IMG/VR virus record: IMGVR_UViG_3300048576_000234
Span: 1 to 40,500 of that record
DNA: 40,500 nucleotides
Strand: one strand, 5' to 3'
Source: a virus
Lineage: Duplodnaviria; Caudoviricetes
The position numbers were made by a program, and so were the translations under genes. Below are positions 25,580 to 34,522 of this stretch, one piece after another. Positions within the stretch are counted from its first letter, which is position 1, and every line of letters begins with the position of its first letter. The notes below the pieces were generated by a model. It did no database searches and was not told the DNA's origin. It worked only from the letters and a program-made list of their open reading frames with translations.

Positions 25580-27607
25580 TTAGGCCGTTACCTTACGTTC
25601 AAGTTCGAGCCAGTTACCAGTTGGTTGTGTGATCTGAACGGTTTCACCGTTGATCGTTGCATTAGCCAACTCAAGTTCAGCATACAATTTGATGTAATCG
25701 CCTGCAGCCTTGGGAACCCAGTCGTTTGCAATTTTTGCAAACTTGCCTGCCTTTGTAATAGTAGTTGCATTGGTAGCGCTTCCGCAAATTACCTTGTAAA
25801 CACGTTCCGACGAACCGTTTTGAATGTCAGTAATTGCAGTCGCCTTGGTATTTGCTGCAGTTTCGAAGGTATAGTTCACAGAACCATCAATAACCGTTGC
25901 ATCGACAGCAAGAGTTGATACCGGATAGTTAGTGAAGATATACTGATACTTTCTTTTTGTAGCGGCCAGTTCGGCTTCTGTTGCACATTGTAATCCGGCT
26001 TGCAAAGCACCAGCACCACCTTTCCAGTTGCTCATTGCCATCAAAATGTCAAGATCTTGTTGGAAATATACGGCAAACATTTCACCAGGTACAAGTTCAT
26101 AGTTTTCGAGATTCCCCTCAAGAGTGATTAAAACCTTATAGTCATTTGCATCCATATTTGGAACCCAAATGATATTCTCGGGCGAAAGATCAATGATCTG
26201 ATCTTTTACACCAGTAAAGTCCATATCCTTGCCATATTTGGCACGATATAGCTCAACAAACCATGGGCGGTGTTTCAGATTACCATACATACGATAACCA
26301 ACCATATTTGGAAGAATAAGGTTGACGTATTTGTACATTGTTTCGTAATAAGACAACATCGTTGTCTCATCGTACAATTTCAAATCTTTAAATGGCAACA
26401 CTTTGAATTGTTCTTCCAAGCGTTCTACAGCGCGATATACACCATCAGCACCAAATAGTGCCGGATTGTCAACATCTTTCTGAATAGGAACGCGAACGCC
26501 GATAACACGCCTACGTTGTTGTTCATTGAAAAGAACTTTGTATATGTTGACCATCATCCATTCGATGAATGTCCACTTCATTGGGTTTGAACCTTCGTGG
26601 TTCAGGTATCCAATGTATTGTTTTTCCAATTCGTCCAAGTTTTCAAACGCGTGCTTAAACATCACCGCATCCACATGAATGATTTCAGGCGTAAACTTAG
26701 CCGATCCTTTGAACACACGACCGGATTGACGAGCCTGAGAAAATTCGCCAAAGAATGCATTGGTTACGATTTCTTTGTTCTGAACACCTGAATGAACAGG
26801 GAAAATGTTTGCTACAGAAGGTAACGTTCTGATGTATGTAATAATCATATCCATACGACGAACTGCGAATTCAGATGTGAGAGGGTTGTTTGACAATCCA
26901 CTGTAATCTATAGGCACTTCACCAGCAATCATTTTATCCCAATTGAGCATGCTCAACTGATGATTGTCGGATAACTCGTTGTAACGAGCAGCAATCAATG
27001 AACCAAATTCATTGAATGAGGCTTTGAATGAAGTTAACTCGTTAACGGTATGATCTGACTCCGGCGCTTTTCTCGAAACGGTCATCTCGTTCCACCAGCT
27101 ACCACGGGCATAAACCGAATGTTTGATACCAAACAAACCATCAGCAGTGTGAGAAGTGTGACCCATCACAATAGCCATTGTTTGCTGATTGGTCATCTTA
27201 ACAGTTCCTGCCGGAGTTGGAGGATCTTGCTGATTACCCAACTGATTGATTTGAGCCTGTTGTTCCTTAATTTTCCCTACCAATGGAGTGATAGCAGCCT
27301 GTGCAGTTGTGGGTGCTGGAGCTGCCGAAGCTCCTTGAGAACCTTCCGGTGCCCCTCCATTCAAAGCGGCGGCGATGCTTGCCTGTTCTTCTTCAGAAAG
27401 AATATTGGTATCGTCACCAGCAGGCGGAGGAGTCGGATCGGCATCCTCATTTGCTTTTTTGTCTGCTTCGAAGGTTACGGTGTACTCTTCTTCGTATTTA
27501 GCGAAGATTTGTTTTTGTTCGTCCTTCGTAAGCTTTCCAGCTTTGGCCTTGTCTACAAACCCAAGGGCTGTAACGACGGCCATCCATCTTTGTTGCCATT
27601 TTTTCAT
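25580..27607 (-). CDS. Major capsid protein with N-terminal scaffold-like region and C-terminal extra domain (675 aa)
   Basis: Directly after S49 protease; Pro/Ala/Gln-rich N-terminus; LEKQYIGYLN.EGS.PMKW core. Confidence 0.78.
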   Translation of the reverse strand: MKKWQQRWMAVVTALGFVDKAKAGKLTKDEQKQIFAKYEEEYTVTFEADKKANEDADPTPPPAGDDTNILSEEEQASIAAALNGGAPEGSQGASAAPAPTTAQAAITPLVGKIKEQQAQINQLGNQQDPPTPAGTVKMTNQQTMAIVMGHTSHTADGLFGIKHSVYARGSWWNEMTVSRKAPESDHTVNELTSFKASFNEFGSLIAARYNELSDNHQLSMLNWDKMIAGEVPIDYSGLSNNPLTSEFAVRRMDMIITYIRTLPSVANIFPVHSGVQNKEIVTNAFFGEFSQARQSGRVFKGSAKFTPEIIHVDAVMFKHAFENLDELEKQYIGYLNHEGSNPMKWTFIEWMMVNIYKVLFNEQQRRRVIGVRVPIQKDVDNPALFGADGVYRAVERLEEQFKVLPFKDLKLYDETTMLSYYETMYKYVNLILPNMVGYRMYGNLKHRPWFVELYRAKYGKDMDFTGVKDQIIDLSPENIIWVPNMDANDYKVLITLEGNLENYELVPGEMFAVYFQQDLDILMAMSNWKGGAGALQAGLQCATEAELAATKRKYQYIFTNYPVSTLAVDATVIDGSVNYTFETAANTKATAITDIQNGSSERVYKVICGSATNATTITKAGKFAKIANDWVPKAAGDYIKLYAELELANATINGETVQITQPTGNWLELERKVTA

Positions 27608-27613
27608 TTAGCT

Positions 27614-28531
27614 TTAGTTTTTAAAAAGTGAATATGTTTGTTTTCTCTCGTCGCATAGTTGTAGTGCCAGGTTAACGGCATCGTTCATATTTCCTATTCC
27701 GTCAATCAATCCGTTGGCTACGGCATCGTAGGCATAAAAATCACGGCCTCCGAGTATTCCTTCCACAGAAGTATCTATCCCGGGACGGTTTTCTTTTACT
27801 GTATTTTGAAAATGAATGGCCCACGGAGTAAGTTGTTCTTCTATAAGTCTCTTCGTGTCTCCATTCAATGCTTCACGTACGGCCAAATTTTTAAACTTGC
27901 TTTCCGGAGGATATACTTCGATACGTTTGTAACCATATTGTTTGTCTGATTCCGTGGAGTTGACCAATGACATCATGGTTCCTATATTCCCAACCTGACA
28001 CATGCGATTCATGGCCAGAATTTTATCGCAAAATGAAATGGAGTATTTGCCACCGCTCATTGCCATACCATCAACCAACCCGACGATAGGTTTAGTATTG
28101 TTGCGTAAGGCATCCTCGAACTGGTAAACCGATGCGGTTGTTCCTCCAGGAGTATTGGTAAGCAACACCATGCATTTGATTTTGTCGGAGGCGGTTGCCT
28201 GACGTACCATATTGGCAATGTCGTCCACACCATAGCTCCACCAACTTCCGTATTTCGTCATCATGCCAACCAGTGGAATGATTGCTACTGAACCTTCAGG
28301 ATATTGGTCGAACGGATTATCGTCGCCACACCCGGGCATGTCAAATGGGGAATCGTAAGAAAGGAGCTGCTCGCCTTTGTCGGATCCGACAATGCGAACA
28401 ATGTATTTACCGGTCTTCAGTTGGGAAACTTCTTTTTGTTGAATGTTCCGAACTAACAGTTCAAGAGCATCCATGCCGGTATTATTGATAATAAGTGGTT
28501 GTCCTATGACTTCCTGCAGGAATCGTTCCAT
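27614..28531 (-). CDS. S49 (SppA/ClpP-like) prohead protease
   Basis: NTPGG, DGMAMSGGKY (catalytic Ser), VGNIG, GLIDGIG motifs. Confidence 0.88.
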   Translation of the reverse strand: MERFLQEVIGQPLIINNTGMDALELLVRNIQQKEVSQLKTGKYIVRIVGSDKGEQLLSYDSPFDMPGCGDDNPFDQYPEGSVAIIPLVGMMTKYGSWWSYGVDDIANMVRQATASDKIKCMVLLTNTPGGTTASVYQFEDALRNNTKPIVGLVDGMAMSGGKYSISFCDKILAMNRMCQVGNIGTMMSLVNSTESDKQYGYKRIEVYPPESKFKNLAVREALNGDTKRLIEEQLTPWAIHFQNTVKENRPGIDTSVEGILGGRDFYAYDAVANGLIDGIGNMNDAVNLALQLCDERKQTYSLFKN

Positions 28532-28544
28532 CTCTTTTTTTCAA

Positions 28545-28580
28545 CAAAGGTGATGGAATTTGATTCGCTGATAAAGGACT
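28545..28580 (-). promoter_or_regulatory. Putative phage late promoter, copy 6
   Basis: AGTCCTTT-N20-CACCTTTG, 13 nt before protease ATG. Confidence 0.68.
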
Positions 28581-28957
28581 TATTTTGCGGGGCTTTTTGT
28601 TGAAAAAGTGAAAGTTCTGGTTGATTTATCGTCGGTATATACAATTGAACAAGGAAGTACTTTACTCCCAACAATAAAAAATCCATTATTTGTCCAACAA
28701 CGAACCAACACTCTTTTACCTAAATTGGCAATTGAAGTAAGACAATCATTATCGGTACTTAGTGATGGTACTTTAACAGATTCTGTATTTAATTTACCGG
28801 CATCCGAGTCATCTTGTTGATTGGAATATACCGGTTGACCTTGATTTAATATGGGTATCCAATTTTTACCCGAATTCAGCGAAATTATATTTCCGGATTG
28901 AAATCCGACGTTTTCGGGTAGTATAAATTCTACTCTGGAACATATAGTTTGTTGCAT
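28580..28957 (-). CDS. Hypothetical phage protein (125 aa, beta-rich)
   Basis: ORF track; lies just upstream of the protease gene. Confidence 0.7.
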   Translation of the reverse strand: MQQTICSRVEFILPENVGFQSGNIISLNSGKNWIPILNQGQPVYSNQQDDSDAGKLNTESVKVPSLSTDNDCLTSIANLGKRVLVRCWTNNGFFIVGSKVLPCSIVYTDDKSTRTFTFSTKSPAK

Positions 28958-28988
28958 AATATAGTTCGTTTTTTAAATTGTTGATAGT

Positions 28989-29046
28989 CAGACACTCGGA
29001 CATTTTCGGACAAGTTTGGACGATTTTCAGACAAAAATAGACAAAA
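28989..29046. repeat. Helically phased (A/G)GAC(A/G) box array
   Basis: GACA/GACG at 28991, 28999, 29009, 29019, 29030, 29040. Confidence 0.7.
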
Positions 29047-29535
29047 TCATACGCTTGGTCGGTGATATTTTTGCCTTCTGTAGGCTCTTTTTTCTTTCTT
29101 TCTGACAGAGTCTCTCCAGCGTTGATAATTCTTCAAAAGTGCATCTTCCGATATCGATTGAATATTGTACCGGCAAATAAATCTCCATACAGAATCGATG
29201 AAGTTATAACCGTCGCGATGCTTTGCTCCATCCAACTCGTTGTGAAGTTCAGCGTAGAACATATTCTCAATTTTGTTGTTGATGATATGTTCTGAGCGCT
29301 GGCTTATGTAGTTGAATGTTTCCGGAGACTTTCCTATTCTACGGTCGGGCAAAGCTATATTCAAATTTCCCTTATCAATGGGACAGTTTTCCGGCCGTTT
29401 CTGAACCAGATCCCAGATAATATGGTAAATATCCAGCTTGTCAGGAAAAAAAACTGCCTTTATTTCTTCATCGTAGAATTTTGCTTCTAAATATTCCTTT
29501 AGATGATCCTTGATGTTGATTTTGGTTGTTGTCAT
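29047..29535 (-). CDS. Putative late-transcription regulator (162 aa)
   Basis: At the replication/late boundary; RHH-like N-terminus TKINIKDHLKEYL, basic C-terminus; -7 element TAAATTTG at 29552-29559 and TTAGACA-N9-TGTCTAA at 29587-29609. Confidence 0.55.
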   Translation of the reverse strand: MTTTKINIKDHLKEYLEAKFYDEEIKAVFFPDKLDIYHIIWDLVQKRPENCPIDKGNLNIALPDRRIGKSPETFNYISQRSEHIINNKIENMFYAELHNELDGAKHRDGYNFIDSVWRFICRYNIQSISEDALLKNYQRWRDSVRKKEKRAYRRQKYHRPSV

Positions 29536-29658
29536 GAGCTTATTTTTCTTACAAATTTAAATAATAAATATCTAACTAACAAAATATTAGACAATAAATT
29601 AGTGTCTAAAATGGCTATTTTTCAACCTAAAACAGTACATTATATTTTGTTGAATTTG

Positions 29659-29842
29659 CCTACAACCTACAACGCAAATATAAATCATTGTATTTCAGAT
29701 TTATAGTACAAAAAATAAGGTTGTAACCCTGTTTTAGTTGTAAGCGGTTGTAAGTAGGTTGTAACCTTGTAAAAAAATAAAGGTTACAACCTTAAAATAT
29801 TTGATATATAAATAATTATACATATAGTTGTAAGGTTGTAAG
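29659..29842. repeat. Iteron-like GTTGTAA repeats in AT-rich DNA; candidate replication origin
   Basis: Six direct GTTGTAA copies, inverted pair AGGTTGTAACCTT (29756-68)/AAGGTTACAACCT (29780-92), CCTACAACCTACAAC (29659-73). Confidence 0.65.
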
Positions 29843-29937
29843 CTGATTTCGTTTTTTCATTCTATAAAATGGTTTTTAAAAAAAAGAATAACATTTAAAT
29901 TGTATTCTTTTGAATCTGAATATATTATACGCGCAAA

Positions 29938-31167
29938 TTAAAACAGGGGGACAACAAGATATCCGTAGCGGGTTACGCCGGAAATTTTCCGGGCAGTGCG
30001 TTCAAATCCGAGCGCCTTCAATGCCATGCCGATGTTTACGTCGGAAACATTGGCGTGATTGCTTGAAATCTTTCGCGCTGTGCGAAGATCTCTTAGTATT
30101 TCGATCGGTTGTTTGAACTCGGGGGTTTCATCGCCTTCAGGGCGGCGATAATACTCTTTTACGAGCTGATAGGAGGACGTTTCTTTCAGATATCTGCAGT
30201 TGTATTCTTTGAATTCCTTAAAATCGTCGAGATTCCAGGTGTAATCAAATGAGTTTCTGAACAACATATATGCTTCGGCCCATAATTGATCCACAATTAC
30301 TTCGGTACTGTACTTCTGATCTATTTGGTCGAGTTCTATCGTGGCAAACCTCCGATATCCGAATTCTGGTAGAAGAAAGCCTTTGTTCTCCTGATTCTTA
30401 TTACTGGTAAACACTCCTGAGGCAATACATTGCATGGATGTGGTGAAGGTTCCGCTAGTAGATAGGTCGAGAGAAGAGAGTATTTTCTTAAATTGTTCGG
30501 AATTTGAGCGAGTTATTCCGACCATCTCGTCGAAGTTTACCAAAAAGTTGGTGCAAAAATCCTTCGTCATATTGAAGTGTTTCTCGTCCTTATCACTTAC
30601 TTTGTAGTATGTTTTCAACGCATCAGGAACCATGAACTCAAACATCCATGTCTTTCCTATTCCTTCTTCCGGGTGAACAAAACCAAGCATCACATCGTTT
30701 GTGCGCACGTGGTAAATATTGGCAACAACAGCCACCATCCATTTGCGCATTAAGTAGACCAACCGCTTTTGGTAATGTTCTTCCTCTTTATCTCCGAAGT
30801 CGCGAACTTTAATGAAGCTGCAGAACTTATCGATGTGCGATTCGCCTTTATACTTTCCATCCAGCGAATCAAAGTAATCAACTATTGGATTGAAAATTCG
30901 AATTTGATTCGGAGATTTCAGTACCTTTTTGAGAATCATATCGCATCCTGTAAGCCCTTCCATTTCCATGTGTAATGATATTTCATTTGTGGTTGGTGAA
31001 AAAGTATATGGATATGTATTGCCTTCTTTTGGAACGATAAACGACTTGGAGGTGTCGAACACGTTAATTTTAATATCGTAGTATTTATAGAGAAAGTCTT
31101 TCACTAATAGAACCCTGTTGCCTGAATGTTCAGGTAGTTTTGTCTGTTGTAATTCGCGCTTTGCCAT
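29938..31167 (-). CDS. VapE/VirE-like P-loop ATPase (putative helicase)
   Basis: NPIVDYF, KWMVAVVA, Walker A EGIGKT, Walker B LVNFDE, G.RRF, DQLWAEA. Confidence 0.82.
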   Translation of the reverse strand: MAKRELQQTKLPEHSGNRVLLVKDFLYKYYDIKINVFDTSKSFIVPKEGNTYPYTFSPTTNEISLHMEMEGLTGCDMILKKVLKSPNQIRIFNPIVDYFDSLDGKYKGESHIDKFCSFIKVRDFGDKEEEHYQKRLVYLMRKWMVAVVANIYHVRTNDVMLGFVHPEEGIGKTWMFEFMVPDALKTYYKVSDKDEKHFNMTKDFCTNFLVNFDEMVGITRSNSEQFKKILSSLDLSTSGTFTTSMQCIASGVFTSNKNQENKGFLLPEFGYRRFATIELDQIDQKYSTEVIVDQLWAEAYMLFRNSFDYTWNLDDFKEFKEYNCRYLKETSSYQLVKEYYRRPEGDETPEFKQPIEILRDLRTARKISSNHANVSDVNIGMALKALGFERTARKISGVTRYGYLVVPLF

Positions 31168-31173
31168 AGTGTT

Positions 31174-31356
31174 TTATGATATTGTCAGTTGGACGTTGAA
31201 TCCTAGTTCAGCTAATTTTGTTTCTAATGCCGGTATCCTTTTATCAGGATCCGGTGGTAAATGTATCATTCGGTTACTGGTAAATACCGTATAACCTTTT
31301 TTCCTGGCTTTGTAGCATAGGTTATACCGTCGCTTTTTTTTAGGTGGAACTTTCAT
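31174..31356 (-). CDS. Small basic phage protein (60 aa)
   Basis: RRYNLCYKARKKGY...LGFNVQLTI. Confidence 0.65.
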   Translation of the reverse strand: MKVPPKKKRRYNLCYKARKKGYTVFTSNRMIHLPPDPDKRIPALETKLAELGFNVQLTIS

Positions 31357-31357
31357 G

Positions 31358-31879
31358 TTAATACCTGAATTTTGTAAAGTGAATAATTGCCATCGGTTGT
31401 TATAGATCGTAGCCTTTGAACCAGAATTTAAAGTCTTCTAATGAAAGACCGTCGTTTTTGGCAAGTTCAGTGTATGATGTCAATGTTTTATTTCCATCTG
31501 CAACATTAGCCTTATCAATTGAATCAAAATATAAAATTTGAACTCCACATCCCGAATTTTTGTCAAGTGTAGCAAATACAATCTGCTCATTCCCTCGAGT
31601 AAAACGACCACCCGGAAGTTTCCAATTAAACAGATCTATTACGGCCAAACCAGCATTCACTTTCTCCATTCTTTTTACCCACAAAAGATAGTTTGCGCGG
31701 CAGGTGTGAAGTTTTAGCCATATTTCGGTACTCCCGAATTCATCAATAACACAGCATCTTTCAAAACGTCCTAATGCCATTTCAATTTTATCTTTGAAAT
31801 AAGTCGGTTTACCTTTGCGTGGATGTCCGGCAGGAAACTGGGTGCTTACCGGCAGGCGGTAGCGGATTGTTTTTTTCAT
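31358..31879 (-). pseudogene. ASCH/PUA-like phage protein with probable premature TAA at 31400-31402
   Basis: KLHTCRANY and LAKNDGLSLEDFKFWF motifs; reads FKGYDL*QPMAIIHFTKFRY* in frame, ending 1 nt before the next ATG. Confidence 0.6.
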
Positions 31880-31882
31880 GGC

Positions 31883-32056
31883 TTATTTTTTCAATTGTTG
31901 AAATTCCTTTTTTAATACGGTTTTCCCATAAAATGCTTTGAATGGGATTCCTTTATCGTACATCTCCTGGTGCTCTTTGCACATCTGTTTCCCGCCTCCA
32001 ATATTATCTTTATAACAACCGTCTGCGGCACATTCTTTAAAAAATACTGTATTCAT
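31883..32056 (-). CDS. Small Cys/His protein (57 aa), possible zinc finger
   Basis: Manual translation MNTVFFKECAADGCYKDNIGGGKQMCKEHQ...; C-x4-C-x11-C-x2-H. Confidence 0.55.
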   Translation of the reverse strand: MNTVFFKECAADGCYKDNIGGGKQMCKEHQEMYDKGIPFKAFYGKTVLKKEFQQLKK

Positions 32057-32071
32057 ATGCAAATTATTTTT

Positions 32072-32245
32072 TCATACTCGTTTCATTATAATGGTTCTAC
32101 TATCAATCCGTACCGGGCGTTAGCCTTTGTCTTGCTCTTTTACTTTTTCTAAAAGTTCGATCGCCTTTAAGCGATCGGGATTTGCTGACGGTTTACGGTT
32201 GCGTGGAGCACCTTCAGCGGTTTGTGTGTCAAATTTTCTGCTCAT
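32072..32245 (-). pseudogene. Small basic protein with probable premature TAA at 32120-32122
   Basis: MSRKF...KEQDKG*RPVRIDSRTIIMKRV*. Confidence 0.45.
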
Positions 32246-32249
32246 ACTG

Positions 32250-32468
32250 CTATTGATTTAATAATGAATAAATTATTCCTTCTTCGTCTTCGCGCATCTT
32301 CGAACAACATTCTCCTACTATTTCTTTATAGTATAGTCGTTTGCAATTCCACATAAACGTTGGATTTTGCATCCAACATCCTTCGCACGGATATCCGGAT
32401 GTAGGCTCTTTTGTTACCGTTAAAACAACTCCGGCCACCGTTACCGTTTGTCCTACAGATAGTGTCAT
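32250..32468 (-). CDS. Small Cys-rich phage protein (72 aa)
   Basis: CEGC...C...CC; ATGA overlap with ATPase gene. Confidence 0.65.
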   Translation of the reverse strand: MTLSVGQTVTVAGVVLTVTKEPTSGYPCEGCWMQNPTFMWNCKRLYYKEIVGECCSKMREDEEGIIYSLLNQ

Positions 32469-33172
32469 TTTATAACAAATTCTTTTCGGCGGGAATCACC
32501 TTCCAAAACGATGTAGTTCATAAATTCGGTGAAACGTTTTTGAATGAATTTCTGGTACTTATCGCCGATCATATCCATGGAAAAGTTGGTGTCTCCGAAA
32601 GTGAGTGCCCCAATTTCGGCACGGACGGCAAACAAATCGCTGAGTGGTTTGAGTTGAGTGCCGAAATCCTTTGCCATGTCGAACTCTTTCCCGATATCAT
32701 GAATAAGAAGAGGCTTTCGGATCCATGGATAAATGCCTTTTTCCTTTATATTGTAAGCCAGGTCGATGGAGTGAATCACTTCGATGCGTTCTTCATTTGG
32801 GTTCATCAGGTCATTTAGTAGCTTGCAATAGGCTTCTATCATGATCGACTTTCCGCAACCGTACTTTCCGGCCAGAAGAATGCCTGCATAAGGATTCATA
32901 TCTGCAACCTTCTGATTGTTTTCGTTGTAAATTTCCTGACGTTGCATAAAGTGAGAATACAGAATGTTGAGTGTCGGTCGGTTATTGTCGTCGATATCGT
33001 ATTTGCGAATCATCTTTCGTTCGGCTATTGCCATTTGAGCCCGGATAATAAAAAGTTGTTTGAAATCGTCTCCAGAGATGGCTTTATTGCGTTCGTATAT
33101 CTGTTTGAAAAGCTTCTTTTGCTGGTTGGAAGCCCGCTCGATAACCTGTTTAATCGAATCCACTGTCTCCAT
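32465..33172 (-). CDS. AAA+ ATPase, DnaC/IstB-like helicase loader
   Basis: Walker A GKYGCGKS, Walker B-like LLIHDIG, TN motif, R..E..N sensor region. Confidence 0.75.
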   Translation of the reverse strand: METVDSIKQVIERASNQQKKLFKQIYERNKAISGDDFKQLFIIRAQMAIAERKMIRKYDIDDNNRPTLNILYSHFMQRQEIYNENNQKVADMNPYAGILLAGKYGCGKSIMIEAYCKLLNDLMNPNEERIEVIHSIDLAYNIKEKGIYPWIRKPLLIHDIGKEFDMAKDFGTQLKPLSDLFAVRAEIGALTFGDTNFSMDMIGDKYQKFIQKRFTEFMNYIVLEGDSRRKEFVIK

Positions 33173-33608
33173 ATTTCGCTTCTTTTGGGGGTTGTTTACT
33201 GGTATTCTCGTTTATCTCGAAGAAGTTTTTGTACCGGCAGGCCATTGCGTAGCGAAGGATCTTGATTGCTTTATCAGGGTTTCCCTGCGATATCTCCTGC
33301 AGGTGGTGAAGCGCTGCCTGTTCCGATCGCGATCGCATCAATTGGCCGTGCTGTTCCTGCAGGTATTCCTTCCACGTTTTCCATGCCATTTTGAAAAGTT
33401 CGTCTTCGAACGGAAGCTCTACCTCTATCGGTTCCACCGGTGCTATGTAGTTGTCGAGCTCTCCCAGTTTGTTTTTAAGGGCGTTCCATTCTTTGATGAA
33501 TTTGGCCGACTTTTTTATCGCTACGGGAGTAAGCGTCTCCAAAAATTCGGAAAACTCCTGATCGGCCTTGGTGAGCTGCTCCCATATTTTATTCCAGAGT
33601 TGTGTCAT
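33150..33608 (-). CDS. Replication initiator-like protein (152 aa)
   Basis: FKMAWKTWKEY...AIKILRYAMACRYKNFF pattern of phage initiator C-domains; overlaps ATPase. Confidence 0.55.
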   Translation of the reverse strand: MTQLWNKIWEQLTKADQEFSEFLETLTPVAIKKSAKFIKEWNALKNKLGELDNYIAPVEPIEVELPFEDELFKMAWKTWKEYLQEQHGQLMRSRSEQAALHHLQEISQGNPDKAIKILRYAMACRYKNFFEINENTSKQPPKEAKYGDSGFD

Positions 33609-34165
33609 GATGCTGAAATACCTAATAGTTCGTTGAATTGCTTCATTACTTCACCATCTCCGGTTATTTCATGTACTTTACTTTGTAGCTTTTCAATCTG
33701 ATTTTGAGTAAAAGTAGGTTCATGTTTTTCATTCAAAAACAGATTAAGGGAATCTCTTAGCTTTGTAGCATCCTCTTGACTTAAGTCTATGAAAATGTCA
33801 TCCCATCCTTTATCAATCTGAATTTGTATTTCAGTATTGTCAACCGCTACGATAGATACTTCAAGTCTATTATTTCTTGATTTCTTAATAACTTTAGTAA
33901 GAGGAATGTAACACGTATTTTTTTTCATGTTTATTTGGCTTTTAAGTGTGATATAATCGATGAATTGTCGTTCGAGTAGTATCCGGGGTGCTTCCGGCAG
34001 AAGAATGTTGCTAACTGAATAAACAGTTGTTGGTCTTTCTGTGGGACAGAGGCTTTGATGTTGAATCGAAAGCCAGGACTCAGATTTAGCAATTTCCAGT
34101 AAACCCAGTTCGCAAAGTTGTGAAACTCCTTGAATCCACGTTCGTTGATAGCTTAGTATATCCAT
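33605..34165 (-). CDS. Hypothetical protein (186 aa; may be two genes with an internal MKKN start)
   Basis: ORF track; A-rich initiation region precedes internal ATG. Confidence 0.5.
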   Translation of the reverse strand: MDILSYQRTWIQGVSQLCELGLLEIAKSESWLSIQHQSLCPTERPTTVYSVSNILLPEAPRILLERQFIDYITLKSQINMKKNTCYIPLTKVIKKSRNNRLEVSIVAVDNTEIQIQIDKGWDDIFIDLSQEDATKLRDSLNLFLNEKHEPTFTQNQIEKLQSKVHEITGDGEVMKQFNELLGISAS

Positions 34166-34172
34166 TCGTCGG

Positions 34173-34427
34173 TCATACTTTCAGGTGATTGTATGCTGCA
34201 AGTTCTTGTTCGGTGCTTGCTCTCATTGAGGGGCTCATATCTGTTTTTTCAAGCAGATTAAGCAATCCGGCAATGTTGGCCATGGCAACCTCCATATCTA
34301 CATTGTCGCTTTGTTTAGTTGAAAATCGGGCAAAATAGATCGGTTCTGTGGGGCTTTTGGCTCTATCGTTTACGACTTGGTAATCGCCGTTCAGGGTTTG
34401 ATATGCTTTGTATAGCGGCTTTTTCAT
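34173..34427 (-). CDS. Hypothetical early protein (84 aa)
   Basis: ORF track; tight packing. Confidence 0.65.
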   Translation of the reverse strand: MKKPLYKAYQTLNGDYQVVNDRAKSPTEPIYFARFSTKQSDNVDMEVAMANIAGLLNLLEKTDMSPSMRASTEQELAAYNHLKV

Positions 34428-34429
34428 CG

Positions 34430-34522
34430 TTATTTTAAATTGAAATGGATTTTTATTGCCATGGATATGCTCCAGACTGCTATGGTGAAAAGCAAAATAT
34501 ATAAACGATTTCTATTGGTCAT
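34430..34522 (-). CDS. Small hydrophobic peptide (30 aa)
   Basis: MTNRNRLYILLFTIAVWSISMAIKIHFNLK fills the gap between neighbours. Confidence 0.4.
   Translation of the reverse strand: MTNRNRLYILLFTIAVWSISMAIKIHFNLK

Noticed and set aside
670-33701. Numerous plus-strand and nested alternative-frame ORFs in the track (e.g. 670-1032, 17268-18077, 23909-24574, 27119-27631, 33060-33701)
   Set aside because: Shadows of clear minus-strand phage genes or products of tandem repeats; no recognisable motifs
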